Assembly (NCBI RefSeq): GCF_009914755.1
Contig: NC_060930.1
Length of the DNA: 64,000 bases
Source: the human T2T-CHM13v2.0 reference genome, Homo sapiens
Reading direction: 5' to 3' (one strand)
Below, one piece after another: positions 1 through 17,319 of this stretch. The notes under the pieces were generated by a model that was not told the DNA's origin, did no database searches, and saw only the letters and a list, made by a program, of their open reading frames with translations. The stretch's first letter is position 1. Each line of letters opens with the position of its first letter. Both the position numbers and the translations under genes were made by a program.

Positions 1-309
1 AAAAATAAGTTAGCATCAAGTATGTTGAAAATGCTGGAAGAAGAGGCCAAGTCCCTGGAGTGGGAAGGACATGCCTTCCTGTGGGGAAGCGCAGTAGTGT
101 GGAAGGGGGAAAGGGATGGTTTTCAGCTGATTTATCTCAGACTTCCCACCCAGTTTGGTTTCCGCTCCCTGCAGAGCTGTCAAGAGGATATCTCCTTGGA
201 ATGCCTCCTCCCCAGGGGCCCCCACTCCTCAAGAACCCATGAGCCCTGGCAATAGGCGGGGGTGGGGAGGGTAGGTCTAAGGGGTGGTAGCTGGCCTAGG
301 ATAACTCAC

Positions 310-642
310 CTGGGGGCAGTATGTTCAGAGAGACTCTGTGCAAAATCTGGGGCCCCCTGGCCCCATCCACCATGCAGCCATACTCGCCAGCATCCTCTTC
401 CTGCAGGGTAACCATTTCCACCTGCAGCAGGCCCCCACCCAGGTCTGTGAGAAACGTACGCCTGCCCGCTGGAGCTCTGCGATCCACAGCTGAGGACACC
501 AGGGGCTGGCACCCCTCCGGCAAGAACCGGCACCACACCTTCTGAGCTTTGACATCCTGGAGCCTGTAGTGGCACTGCACCAGAATGGAGCTTCCCACGG
601 GTGCCTGCAGCACCTCAGGGAGGCTGCCAACTATGCCCTGAC
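310..642 (-). CDS. TREML1: TREML1 (TLT-1) exon 2, IgV domain; gene continues beyond the window start
   Basis: 333-nt exon ttccccAG|GTCAG...CCCAG|GTGAGT; translates GQGIVGSLPEVLQAPVGSSILVQCHY...KVWC...EEDAGEYGC...ILPP. Confidence 0.97.
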
Positions 643-797
643 CTGGGGAAGGAAAGGAGGTGGGAATTTTGGGCAGGAGCTGGGAGCATCTCCCAGCCCA
701 GCTGCTGGTATGGGTGTGGCATTCACAATAACACGTTACTCCTGGACATGGGGCTGAGCATATGGGGCCCAGAGCTGCAGCTCCTCCTGAACCTTAC

Positions 798-840
798 CTT
801 CTAGTCCCAGGAGCAGCAGCAAGAGCAGGGTGAGGCCCAT
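798..840 (-). CDS. TREML1: TREML1 exon 1, signal peptide
   Basis: ATG at 840-838; MGLTLLLLLLLGLE plus 1 nt; donor GAAG|GTAAGG; phase 1 matches exon 2. Confidence 0.97.
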
Positions 841-1924
841 GGCTGGGCAGAGAAATGTCAACTCCTGGGCTTGCCTGGGCACTGATGCAGCATTCGCCTG
901 AGGGCAGGAAACATCTGCCTCAGAAAGTCACTTGGGGTGGGAGAAAGGAAATGATGGGCACCTCCAGGGGTGGGGAAAGGGAGTTCTTCCAAGCCCTGGT
1001 TGGCTCAGTGCTCAGGAACTGCCCTGAGGGTAAGGGTGGGCAAGACAGGATGAGAAGACCCGAAGAAAGCTAGAAGCCTGCAGGGGCTGGGGCCCGGCTA
1101 AGGGGTGAGATGGGAGGATTGTGACAATTGGAGGACAGGAGAGGAAGAGGAAAGATGATCTTCAGGATCTTCCTAATACAGAATCTGAGGGTGCACAGCT
1201 ATGAAGGAGGAAGGTAGAGTGCCCTGCACCTCACTCAATGCCATTCTTGCTCTCAATTCTTTGGGAGTGCCCCACGACCACCCAAGCTTTTAGGAGGTTG
1301 TATGCAGTACAACCTCAAACAGGAAGTTTCACCTTGATCCTGTGCCCTGGACTGGGTCTTTCTTCATTTATTGTCCTGGACACTATAGAACCCTTCCATC
1401 TGGATCCACATTCTTCAGTTCTGGGAAACAAATTCTTACTTTGATAATTACATGTCCATTTTCTTCTCCCCTTCCATTTTTCTGCAATTCCTTAACTAGT
1501 TGGTTATTGAATGTCGTGTGTTCATCTCATTTTCATATCTTTTCTATCTCATTTTCCATCTTTTTGTCTCTTTTGTTCTGCCTTCAAGGAGATTTCCTCA
1601 TTTTCTTCCATCCTTCTATTTTTGTCTTTTAAAATGTTATTTTTTAATATTTTTAATTTACAAGACAAGATATTCCTTATTCTTTGAGCATTTTTAAATT
1701 CTGGCATACTATTTTTGTTTCATGAATGCTCTATCTTCTCTGTTGGAAGACAATTCTTCACAAATATTTTCACATTGCTGCATGTTCTAGTCCTTCTGTG
1801 CAAAGGGTATTGGCCAAGTTTTGCTGAAGGGTGATTGAATAGCAAACATACCTTGAGTGCAACGTCCAGAGATTTGCTCGCATTCTTCCTCTTCTTCACC
1901 GGAGATTTACATTCCAGAGTAAAC

Positions 1925-1927
<3 letters not shown>

Positions 1928-1977
<50 letters not shown>
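1928..1977. repeat. (CT)n microsatellite
   Basis: About 24 uninterrupted CT units, ~1.1 kb upstream of the TREML1 ATG. Confidence 0.95.
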
Positions 1978-1979
<2 letters not shown>

Positions 1980-1989
1980 GAGAGGAAGA

Positions 1990-2165
1990 TATACCAGATT
2001 CTCTATATAAACTCCAAGTCTCCTAATTTGGGGGTTTCTCTCCTGTGATCCAAACTCACTGCCTGCACAGGAGGCACCTGGCTCTCATTCATGTTGCCCT
2101 GTGGAATTGGGCTCGAGGAACTGGGACAAAGTGTGAGTAATAAACCTAATAAACTATCTGACCTC
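1990..2165 (+). mobile_element. Old ERVL LTR fragment (LTR41-like)
   Basis: catgttgccctgtggaattgggctcgaggaac...gtgagtaataaa resembles the LTR41 3' region (by eye). Confidence 0.45.
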
Positions 2166-2430
2166 AGACACAGGGGAAGCACCAGTGGTCAGAGAGACTA
2201 CAGCAGCTGGGGATGGGTGGGAGGGGCGTATTGCCCTAATCTGGAGGGTAAGACCTAGAAAAGGGCCTGGAAAGGCCATTCTCCCTCACTCCCATCTCCT
2301 CCCGTCTCACCTTTTTTCCTCTTTTTCCTTCCTTCCTTTGGGAACAAGGGAGTGAGGAATGGGAAACTGGGAGCAGGAGCATGAGAAAATCAGTTAATGT
2401 GTTAAGCTGGGCCTTGTGGAAGTGGGAGAT

Positions 2431-2533
2431 TGGGTGACCAACTTCCCGTTTTTGCTTGGGATTGAGGGGTTTCTTGGGACTTTCTGTGCAAAAACTGAAA
2501 AAGTCCTGAACAAACCAGGACGGGTCACCCTAG
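2431..2533. mobile_element. MER81-like hAT MITE
   Basis: Terminal inverted repeats gggtgacc...ggtcaccc enclosing ~100 bp. Confidence 0.7.
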
Positions 2534-2840
2534 TTGGTGATGTGCTTATGTCTGTCTTGCCAATGCATATCAGGCTTTCTTTGATTTCCTTATAAGAAAG
2601 TTATTTTCATACTAACAAGCCACCCAGGCGTGTTGTGTGAAGAGGTGAACTGTATTCAACACTGGACTAAGTGTTGAATATGGTCCACTGCTGGGTGCTG
2701 AGACAGAGGTGACCAGGCAAGATCCTGGCCTTCATGGAGACATCATGTTGCTGGGCGTTAGATGAAGGAAACCAGTGTTTATTGAGGACCTACTATGTGC
2801 CAGTCACCTGGCCAAGGACCTTCACAATGTTATTTCTTTC

Positions 2841-3144
2841 TTTTTTTTTTTTCTTTTGAGACAGTCTCACTCTGTCACCCAGGCGGGAGTGCAGTGGCGC
2901 AATCTTGGCTCACTGCAACCTTGGCCTCCTAGATTCAAGCAATTCTCTGCCTCAGCCTCCCAAGTAGCTGGGACTATAGGCATGCACCACATGCCTGACT
3001 AATTTTTGTCTTTCTTTTTTTTTTAGTAGAGACAGGGTTTTGCCATGTTGGCCAGGCTGGTCTTGAATTCCTGGCCTCAAGTAATCCACCCCACTCAGCC
3101 TCCCAAGGTGCTGGGATTACAGGCGTGAGCCACCATGTCTGGCC
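2841..3144 (-). mobile_element. Alu
   Basis: Poly-T plus Alu body; TSD aatgttatttctttc at 2826-2840 and 3148-3162. Confidence 0.95.
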
Positions 3145-4129
3145 ACGAATGTTATTTCTTTCAACCTCACAAAAACCTTGCAAAGTAGGGGAAGTGGTTG
3201 TTTTGTTTATTTGTTTCTACAAGCGAGGGCACTGGGTTTTAGAGGGATTGAGGAGCTTGCCTAAGGTGTCTTAATAGGAGGCAGAGTTGAAATTTGAGGC
3301 CAAATGGCCTCACTTCCCTTCAGTCCAGAGTGCTCGCAGAGAGTCTGAGGCAGGAGAGCCTGTGGTGATTCCAGTCCAGAGAGGAATGTCTCTGACATGG
3401 CAGAGAAGGAAAGAGAAAAGGCCAAGCTCCCATGAGGAGGAAAGCCTGATTCTGGGCTGGGGCTGATGGCAGCCACTGCCCTGGAGCACGAGGCAGGCCG
3501 CGGGGAGCCTCCCAGGCCATTTCATCGGCACTGGTGCCCACAACTGGGGCAGGAGGTAGGTGGAGAAGGCGCAGTTTGGGCTCGGCTCATTCTTGGTGCT
3601 ACCTGTGCCCTAGATCTATAGGAAGGGGGCAATGCCCCAGGACACAATGAGGAAGTTTAATGTGCCCCTGAGCCAGGGAGGCCATGGGAACACAGGTTGG
3701 ACCAGAATCCCAAGGCTCCAGGACAGGGAGCCAGTGGAGCAGCTTACATTGGGAGTGGACAAGGCAGGGTTGGGGCACAGCTGGGACCAGGGGAGTGACA
3801 TGTTGAAGTGAGGCTGGAACATGAGGGCCATGCCAGGGGCTCCATCCTAGTGATTTAAACCTTAGGTGCCCAAGCGCAGGTTAGGTGGCAAGGCAGCCAT
3901 GTGAGCTATGGCCACAGGGGATCCTGGGCATCCACTTCTCTGGGGCCCAGTCCAGAGAGCCCAGGAATATGGCCGACTCACTTCTTCTTTCCCCTGCAGC
4001 TCACCCTCAGGGGAGTCTCCTCCCAGTTTCCCCATGAGTCTTGGCCAGGGTGGTGTGTGTGTTGAAGAGAGAGTTGAGGTTGCATGTGCTGCCTTGGCTG
4101 TTCGCTCGGCCCTGAATACTCCTCCCCGT

Positions 4130-4475
4130 GATGTCCTCATGGCTCACTTCCTGGCCTTCTTCAAGTGTTCCTCAAATGGCACCTTCTGGCTTCTGCATTT
4201 AAGATGGTATCATCCCCTGTCCCTCCTGCACACCCATACTCCTAACCCTGCTTGATTTTAATTTTTTCCTCAGCACGTTGTGCCTCTAACAGGGAATCAG
4301 ATTGACTTACTTACTGTGTGCATTGTCTGTCTCCTCTCCTTCCACTAAAGTGAGCTCTGTGTGGGCACAACTCTTGCCTCTTTTGTCCACTGTTGTATTT
4401 CCAGTGTTCAGAATAGTACTCGCCACAGACTGGTTGCTCAAACTAATACTTGTTGAACAAATAAGTAGGAGTGAG
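4130..4475 (+). mobile_element. L2 LINE 3' end fragment
   Basis: Degenerate L2 terminus (...tgctcaaactaatacttgttgaacaaataa). Confidence 0.6.
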
Positions 4476-5101
4476 TCAGAGGAAAGAGCACCTTGAATGC
4501 CAAGTGAAATTTGGATTTCCAGGCTCTACTGGGGATTTTGGGTGGGGATTTTGGGTAAGTTCCTTTCCCTTGTTGAGCCTCAGTTTCCCTTCTATATGAT
4601 GAGGGGCTTGAACCATCAGTTCCCAGTTTGATAATGCTGTACATTATCAAGCCCTTGTCATTTCTCCGAAGGGGAAATGATATGATGAAAACAGAGTTCT
4701 AAGGAGATGAATGGATGAGTCTGCCAGGAGTTGACCTTGGTGGGGAAGAACTGAGTCAGCTGGAGGGGGCCTTGGGGCAGGGAGGTTCCATAATCCAGGG
4801 GAAGCTGATGGAGAGGGTGAATGCTGGGGAGGAGAGCAGAGGAAGACTGGGTGCTAGAGAAACCCCAGAGGAGGAGGCAGAACTTGGCGATCAGATCTAG
4901 GGAAGGGAAGAGAGAGAAGAAAAAAACTGACTGGCTGATTGAGCCTGTGAGAATGGAGGGATGTGGTATCCTATGGTCCTGGGCCTCAAGGAGCAAAATC
5001 TCTTGTCTTTTTCTCATCCAAATTCATTTTCTTACCCCTGTGGAAGAAAATGAGACTTTCATGATGCCCAAAACTATCCAGCTAAATATGACAGTCTTGG
5101 A

Positions 5102-5107
5102 TTTATT
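5102..5107 (-). terminator. TREM2: TREM2 polyadenylation signal AATAAA
   Basis: tttatt on the plus strand, ~225 nt past the stop codon. Confidence 0.8.
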
Positions 5108-5332
5108 TGTAAGTGTTTAAAATGTCCAATATTCAGAAGTTGTCAGGTGTTCTTACCACCTCCCCACTCCCTCAACCAGTCCCTGCTTCCAGGGTCCAGG
5201 AGAAGCAGTGTTCAGGCAGAGTAGTCTCTTGCCAGAGCAGAACAAGGAGTCCTGGTGGCCAAGTGGCAAGTATGCAGGCTGGGCTGGTCCCTGGTGGGAC
5301 TTCTCCTGGGCTTTTCCTCCCATCATCTTCCT

Positions 5333-5349
5333 TCACGTGTCTCTCAGCC
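5333..5349 (-). CDS. TREM2: TREM2 exon 5 coding part (GLRDT*)
   Basis: ttgcAG|GGCTGAGAGACACGTGA; exons sum 40+351+91+194+17=693 nt = 230 aa + stop. Confidence 0.97.
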
Positions 5350-5441
5350 CTGCAATAGTCCAAGGACTCATGTGGCCCCTCTCGGCACCGCCTCCCATCC
5401 CTGCCCAGTCCACCCTTGATGGCTGTGCTCTCCAAGCCCAC

Positions 5442-5635
5442 CTGGCAGAGTTTGGAGCTGATACCCTGGGTCATGGCCACAGTCCAGTTCACTGGGTGGA
5501 TGTGTCCCTGGCTTCTGTCCATGCCAGGCTGCAGCCCAGAGGGCGCTGGCTGCTAGAATCTTGATGAGAAAGATGCAGGCCAGGAGGAGAAGGATGGAAG
5601 TGGGTGGGAAGGGGATTTCTCCTTCCAAGAGGCTC
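5442..5635 (-). CDS. TREM2: TREM2 exon 4, TM helix with the DAP12-pairing lysine (K186)
   Basis: ccaAG|GAGCCTC...CCAG|GTGGGC; [37 protein letters not shown]. Confidence 0.97.
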
Positions 5636-6360
5636 CTTGGAGAGACAAGAAGGCAGATGGGAGCCTTGAGATGGCCTACAGATTAGAATCTTCTCTCAGG
5701 GAATGGGGAGAAACCAGGAGCTTCTAGGACCTCAGCAAATCCCACCCAGCACCATCCCTGGGATGGGCCTTTTTGGAGCTTTGGGAGCCCATAGTCAAGA
5801 GACTTGAGTTCTAGGCATGCTCTGCCACTAACCTGCTGAGTGCACTTAAACACACCACCTTCCCTCACTGAGCAGTTTTCTTCTGTATACAGTGCTATGC
5901 CATGGGTGTGTGTGTGTACACACATGTGGTTATATGAACAACGTTTAAACACCAGTACACAGGCATGGACCAGTCAGAACTGATTCTGGTCCTACCAATG
6001 AAGCAGAGATCTGGGGGTCTTAGCTTTGTACTAAAGTACTAAAACATTCATTGTTGCTGAATTATGGGGATGTCTGGGGGCTGCCAGGGGAGGGGCGGGA
6101 GCTGATATTCAGGAGTCGTAGAGCAACTGCTCTTTACAAAGCATTATGGAAGTCTTCCAATAAATGAACAACTGACACAGTCACGCTAACTAACTAACAT
6201 GTAGCAGCTGGTGGAGGGGTGTTTACATAAGAGATATCCAGGGCCCTTCAGGCTCTAGTTGCCTTGTAATTTGTAGTTCAGGATGCCCAGCCCCCACCCC
6301 CGTGGGGCTCTGCAGGGTGGAAGTCTGCCCACGGGTTTTAGGAAAGACCCATCGCTGTAC

Positions 6361-6451
6361 CTGGAGATGCTGTGCTCCACATGGGCATCCTCGAAGCTCT
6401 CAGACTCCCCGGGGAACCAGAGATCTCCAGCATCCCGGTGATCCAGGGGGT
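6361..6451 (-). CDS. TREM2: TREM2 exon 3, stalk with the H157-S158 sheddase site
   Basis: catAG|ACCCC...CCAG|GTACAG; [30 protein letters not shown]. Confidence 0.97.
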
Positions 6452-7559
6452 CTATGGGAGGCAGAGCCATGAGCCTCCAGCCCCTTCCTCCTCGAGGCAG
6501 GGGGAGAACCTTGGCGGGAGAACCTTTATGGGTGGGGTGAGGTCCCCTGGGCACTGGTCCTATGTGGATCAGGTCATTACACTCCATAAGCCTCAGTTTC
6601 CCCACTTATAAAGTGGGCCGTTAGGAACACTTCCTTAATAGCAGGGTTGCCAGGATTCCGTGAGGGCACCTCTGTGCCGTATCCAGCACCTCATCGGAGC
6701 TCAGTAACTGCAATGCCCCCCTCCTTCCGCACAGGGGCTAAGAAGAGCAAATACAATCGTGGATGTACTTGAAAATCCTATCTAAACTGTCAAGCTGTCT
6801 ACACAAGCTATGGGCTACTTTTATTTTTCTGTCTCCCTCTTGGGAGGTGGCTAAGGGAGTTCACTGCCACCGGCCATCCTTAGGAAAGTGGTGGAGGTGG
6901 GGTTTGTGTCTATGACTGGCAGTCTCCCCTGGCCTCCCCAAGTCAGGCAAATACTACTCCTGACCTCATTTCCATGGTAAAGAGCCATACTGGGAGAAGG
7001 GGTTGGAAAGGAGGAGAGTCAGAAAAGGCCTTTGTAGCCCCAGATTTGTTCTCCTTTGGGGACACAGTTGTGTTCTGCAGACTCAAGCAGAAGGCCTTCC
7101 TGGAGGGTGGTCCCTGCGCAGAGCTCGGGGGTGGAAAGGAGACACCCTGGCCCACCTACTCACACCTGGAATGACGATCCCAAGACAGTTCAGTAGCAGG
7201 AGGCTTGGAGCACATGTCACACCCTGCCCCCAACGCCCCCCGCCAAATAAAAACTCACAGGAACCCTATGGGGTCAGCAGGACAGACACCACCCTCTCCA
7301 TTTACAGATGAGAGAATGGAGGCCCAGAGAAGTGAAGCACATTGCCCAGCACAAGCAGTGTTCCTTTCTAGGGGTGATTTTCTGCACCAGGTTGGTGCTT
7401 CACTTACGTTGATAGGGCCATTGGTTGGTTGGTGAGGGAATAAATTAATCTCCTCCTCCTTAAGGACCTCCTATCATGTTCACATGCTAACTGGATGGAG
7501 ATGGATAAAGCTGTTTGGGCAAGGAGGGCCAAGGCCAGGCTAGTTCACAGAGTGCCTTA

Positions 7560-8201
<642 letters not shown>

Positions 8202-9611
8202 TCACTCCTTTGTTTACCAAATACGCTTTGAACACTTGCTCTGTGCAGTGACCTAAACAGACAAAAATCCTGCCCTGAAGGAGCTTAGGTTCTTATACAA
8301 GTTGGGAGCGGATGGCACAGCATGTGTTTGTGGGAAATTGGGAACCAGGAAACCTGGGACCTGGGTTTGGTTTTCTCACTGTTGCTCTTGCTGGGCCTCC
8401 TTGGAGAAGTAACTGACCTTCTCTGGGTCTATTCTGGAGGCACTTGGTCTTAAAACCCCCTCCAGTTCTGTTCTGCACATCTCTTTGCCATCATTTGGGA
8501 CTGGGACCTCTCCTCTCGGCCTGGGGCTGGCTCTCCCTGCCCCGCCACTCTTGCTTGCTCTGCAGCCGCCCACATTGGTACCGACTTTCCTGACCTTTAA
8601 CTTCCAGCTTCCCTATTTCTGTGGCTTTGTTCCCCTTTCAGGAAGGACCCGTCTCGGAGATATTTTGGGGGAGACATGAGGCTGCTATTTTGGGAACCCT
8701 CCTTAGGGCGGGGGAGATGGGCTTAGAGCACCAGCCTGTTGCTGGGGCAGCCCCCAGAGCCCCCTGCTTTGACTTCTCTCTTGGTCCTCCCTTGCCTGCC
8801 ATCTTCAACCATTACTGTGACAGAGGCTTGAAAGATAGGATTGGGAAGTTGGTGGCTTGCCTTTTGGAACTAGAGAGACCAGATGGGCCGTGGCCCTCTC
8901 CCATCTGACCACCTCCCATCCATGCCTCAGAACCCCGCCTTCCCCCTGACCACCATCTAAGAAGCTGCAGGAACAAGACTCCATTTGGCACCGTCTCTCC
9001 TCTTGCCCAGGTTTGTCCAGTGCTCTGGGGGAGCAAAAGGTGCGCTTTCCTCAGCGGGAAGAAGCAATTGTGTACAAAAATTTGGTGTGTCAATTCCCCT
9101 CAACTCAGCAACGGAAATCTCTACGCTCCTCACCTCCCATCAAGAGCTGAGGACAAGGGGACCTTCAGAGCAGGGGAGAGAGTGCCCCAAAGATGCAGAT
9201 GAACATCCTCAGGTTCTTTCCTCCTTTATAACTGTAGGGGCTCATAATTAGTGGCTTATAATTTCAGAGGCTATTACCAGTGCCAGTGCCCCCCAAAGCT
9301 TCCCCCAACTGCCAGCTAGTGCCTGGGATGCCACTGTTAGCACTCCTTCCCTTCCAATGCAACCAGAGTCCACCAGCCCCTTACATGTCCACATGCAGAA
9401 AGAGTCTGAGGGTAGGTTTTGATACTGGGGAGGGAAGGAGGGTGTGAAGAATATGGGCAGGGTGGGGAGGAGAGGAGTGCAGAACAGGGCACTCAGGCAT
9501 GCGAGGACTGCCACCGCCTTCATAATTCACCCCAGGGCCCACCACCCGCGCCCCAACCACATGCTCAAAGTGAGGGAGAGAAGGCATCACAGGGCACGGA
9601 GGGGATCCTAC

Positions 9612-9651
9612 CTGTGACAAAGAGTAAGATGAGCAGCCGGAGAGGCTCCAT
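9612..9651 (-). CDS. TREM2: TREM2 exon 1, signal peptide
   Basis: ATG at 9651-9649; MEPLRLLILLFVT plus 1 nt; donor CAG|GTAGGA. Confidence 0.97.
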
Positions 9652-11039
9652 GCCACCCTTCCCCAGCCAAGGGCAGAAGCAGAGTGCCTTGTGCAAGATC
9701 TCGTCTTTCCCTTGAACTGCAGAAAAGAGAGGATCAGGCATGTCAGGCGCTGCCCACAGGAACTGGGCTCCTGGGGATTAAGCAATAGTCAGGACTGGGG
9801 TCTGGAGGCGGTGCAGGGTGGGGACAGAGGGGAGGAGGAGTCGGCCACTGCAGCCCTGGCAGAAGGAGGCTGAGTCTCCCAGACCTCTGAGAAGCCAGCC
9901 CACCCTCCTGCTGGTGCCAGCCAGGGTGGCCCCCAGATGGTTGGGGCTGGTAAGGCCCTGCACTGCTCAGTTTCCTTGCAGAGCCTAGCCCAGGGATCAC
10001 TATCCTCACAGCTGTATTCAGACCCTCCACCAGCTGCAATGCCCGCCATCTTCTGGTTTCAGCCTTGCAAGAGTTGGAGAACAGCTGTGCCTTTAGAGGC
10101 CAGGACCCTCATCCAGCACCTCTTAGTTCATCCCCCCAGGGCTGTCATTCCTGTAGTGTGGCAGCAGTTAAGTACACAGCTCTGGAGCCAGACTTCCTGA
10201 CTTTCTGGGTGTGTAACCACACATCCAAAACCTACCTGTGTCTGTTCCCTGATCTATACAGTGGGAATAATGATAGTGCAAAGGGTTATCAGGAGCACCA
10301 TATGGGTTCCTACAGGTAAAGTGCTTTCCAGTAGGGCCTGACACACAGCATTCAACAAATACTAACTATTACCATTATCCTAGTTAGAAGGGAAAAGGGA
10401 AATGGGCTGTCCATAAGACAGAAAATTTTCTCTCCCACCTGGAATTTTCTGCCCAAGTTTAGCCTTCTTGGAACTGTTGGGTGTCTCCTGTGCACACATG
10501 CTCACACTGGTGTTTATTTTGTGCACACACATGCTTGAACTCCTGATCATCCTATCCTACAGGACAGGACAGGATATTTCTCAGAGTTCTGGGGGTAGGG
10601 GTGTGTTTTTCTACACGTACAGGTTCCCATGGTGATCCAAGCACAGGGACCCACGTGTGCAAAGGCACAAAAGTGTGAAATGGCCCAGTGAGTCGGGGAT
10701 TGGATGGAGGAGGCTTGAGTCAATTCTAGGAGTGGGAAATGGAGTTGTGCTGGGAGTGGCAGAAGAGGCTGGAGAAGCCTGCAGGAGCCTGTAGATTATC
10801 AGGGTCTACTTTAGTTTCCTGCAAACACTCACTTATTTGTTCTTTTATTCATTTATTTACTCATATTTACTGTGCATCTAACTTACGGACAGGGAATGTG
10901 CTTGGAGATGGGGAATTCATAGTGAGGAGAAGACAGGCCTCCACTCAAAGGGCCAACTGCCCGGCCTTGCCCCAAGGGCCTGGGGGCTGAAGTCTGAGGC
11001 TGCCTGAAGATCACTCTGTAGGTACTCTTCTAGGGTCTT

Positions 11040-13100
<2,061 letters not shown>

Positions 13101-15395
13101 ACATGATTCTAGCTTTCTGTTTCCTAGGCAGAAGCATAACTCATAAGCTCCATAAGTTTTTATCTTATCTTCTGGTCCATTTAAGCTGCATATTGACCCC
13201 ATGTCCCCACTCCTTCCCACATGAGGAAAAGGTCTTTAAACCTCATGGAAAAGCGAAGGCACCAAGAAATCCTTACCAATTACTCACAGCACATGTACAT
13301 CAAAGGCTCTTCTTTAAACTTGTGTTAATTTTCCTGATCCCTCGATCCTATATTTGAGCACAGGAACAGTTCTGCACCACCCGCACTCCCAAGCACAGGA
13401 TTCTTCTTTTCCCTTTGCTAAATCTGAATTCAAAGATACCTTCCACCTCACATCTGGGCACAGAGTTTATGTCCTTCTGTCATTACGTCTGAACTTCCTC
13501 ACTCACCGATGTATGCATTCATTCATGTGCCAGGCATGGTGTTACAGAACCATGGAGCCTTTGTGTTCCTAGATATGATGGTGACCATTGCTGGGGAAAG
13601 CCTCAGAACCAGAAGCATGACTGCACACATGACATGCTCCTGATGTCTAACTTTAACTGAGACCTCACAGCTGCCTGGTCATCCTCTTCAGAACTCCTGG
13701 AGGCTAGAGTAGCTGTTCCAAATCATCACTCTCCTCAAACACACACTTTCACTCTCTCTTCTCCTTTCTCCCTAGGAGTAAATCAAGACGGTCAAGTATG
13801 AGCATCCTCACCACCTTTCAGATCAGATCCTCCATTATCTTCCCATCTGCACCCAGCCAGCTTGAGCAGCCAGGAAAGCACTAGGTGTTGGTCAGGACCA
13901 TGGCCAGTGCCAGCCCCTGTGCTAGGCTGGGGAGGCATGTGACTGGAACAGCCGACATAGGAACAGGCCTCTCAAAGCTGGAATAACTCCAATTTGATTA
14001 GGCTTATTGTCAGCCCAACCTGGGACAGCCCCTGCAAAGCCTTGCCTGAGAACTGGGCTTAAAGGGGTGATTGGTGGTGTCCATTCCACCCTTGGCTGGG
14101 GCCACCAAACTACAAACATAAGAGCCCACAAATGCCATTCACTAATAAGCAGCCACTTAAGACTTCTCTTTCCCAGTTCCTTCTTTGATTCTGTTCTGCT
14201 TTTACTTTATCCTACCTTCCTACATCCAAACCCCTGCCTTCAAGTCCCAATCTTTATCCCGCCTCTGATCTGGCTCAGACTTGACCCTTCTTCCCATCTC
14301 TCTCTTTGTATTTGTTGCATCATCCTCTGACACTTTCAGCTCAGGCAGTTCTTCCATTTTAACACTTCATATTTTCCAAGTTGAAGATCTCGGTTCCTAT
14401 TCAGGGCCAATGACTCCCCTCTCCAAGCCAGGACACCTCCTGGGGAGTGTGTGTGTACATGCGAGTGTGTGATGGCACTGGACTAGGTCTCAGGCAGGCA
14501 GCAGGCCAGTCTAGCAGCAGCCAATGGGCCCAACTGAAGTGATGCAGGATGTTAGACCAAGGGAAGGGCTGGATGAGAACTCAGGAAATGAGATGAACCC
14601 AGGTGCTAAGCCTGGTGCAGACATCGCAGGCATCATAGGGCTGAGATGGAAGCATAGGGAACCTCTCCTGCTTCTTGATTTAATCAGAACTGCTCCAGAT
14701 TCTGACGGGTCAGGAAGGATATCCAGCCTGCATATGAGGGAAAAGTGTGGGCACTGAAGCCTGGGTGGGAAGGAAACTAAAAATACAGAGTAGGGGTTAA
14801 GTACACAGACTTTGGCTTCTTACAAATCTCTGCTTAAACCCAGCTCTGTTATTTACTAGTTATGTGGCTTTGAGCAAGTTTCTTAATTCTCTGAGCCTAG
14901 CTTCACTATCTGGGTACGTAAAGCTATGGCATATTGTTAATTGCAAAAAATAAAATAAAATAAAATAAAATAAAGGTAGCTGGTATTAATTTCCCTCCTC
15001 CTTAATCTATTTCTCCCTGAAATCTTCCTTCCATCCTCCTGCCTCCCTCCATCCCGGATGTCCACTTCCTCTTCCCGGGTGACTGTTCTCTCTACCCTGG
15101 ATGGTCCCTGGCAACTTGCTTTCTCTCCTAATCCTCTCTTGCAGGGTCTTTGATTTCTCCACTCCTTCCTGTCCACACATTTCTTCTTTAAAAAAAAAAA
15201 AAAGAAAAAGTTTCCACCTTTTCACTATGGAGAATTTAAAATATACACGAAAGTAGAAGTATAATAAACTCCATCTACCAATAAGCCATCCTCAACGAGT
15301 TATAAACTCGTGGCCAATTTTGCTTGGTTCACTCCCCTGTCTCATGTATAATTTTGAAGCAAATCTCATACATTATATTATTTCATCTGTAATGA

Positions 15396-15936
<541 letters not shown>

Positions 15937-16481
15937 TGAAGAAACCAGATTGTTTGTCCTGTAGAATTTCCTGTGATGTGAAGTTTGCTGATTCATCCCC
16001 ACAGTATTGCTTAGCTTTCTCCTCTGTGCCCTGCATTTTCTATAAATTGATACTTAGCTATAGAGGGTTTTCAGATTTTTTTCTTTTGCCAAATACTTCA
16101 TAAGTGGCAGTATATTCTTCCACCAGGAGGCACCTGACGTGGAGGAGTGCTCTTTCTGTCATGCTAGCAGCTGTTCTGGCTCAACACCCAGATCCACTAA
16201 TTCATTTGAGGTTGCAAAGTTGATCATTCCTTTTTTATGTGTTATTCGGCATACTTCTATAAGGCAAGTATACTTACTCTCACCCATCATTTGGCCTGTA
16301 CAAGAAGGGCAAGAGGAATGCTTTATTCTTTCTTTAATTAACATGTTTTTAAAATTATGCATTAGTTCATTAGTACTCTTCAATTATGACTAATTAGATT
16401 TTAATTTTTAGTATAATTATAAATGAATGATTTAGACATATTTGATATATAACAATCTATTATAGTTAGTATTGTTATTGA

Positions 16482-17186
<705 letters not shown>

Positions 17187-17319
17187 GACAACTTTTTATT
17201 CATAGTCTTCAATTGCTCCTGTGTACTTGCTCCCTAGAAAGTCGTGAATGGCCTCCTCTCAGCTCTGGCACCTCTTAAGCTTTTCTTCTGCCTTTGACAT
17301 GGGTGACCACTGTGCTGGT

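Noticed and set aside
3320-3541. MAWEA... resembling a TREM-like leader
   Set aside because: No hydrophobic core and no splice donor follows
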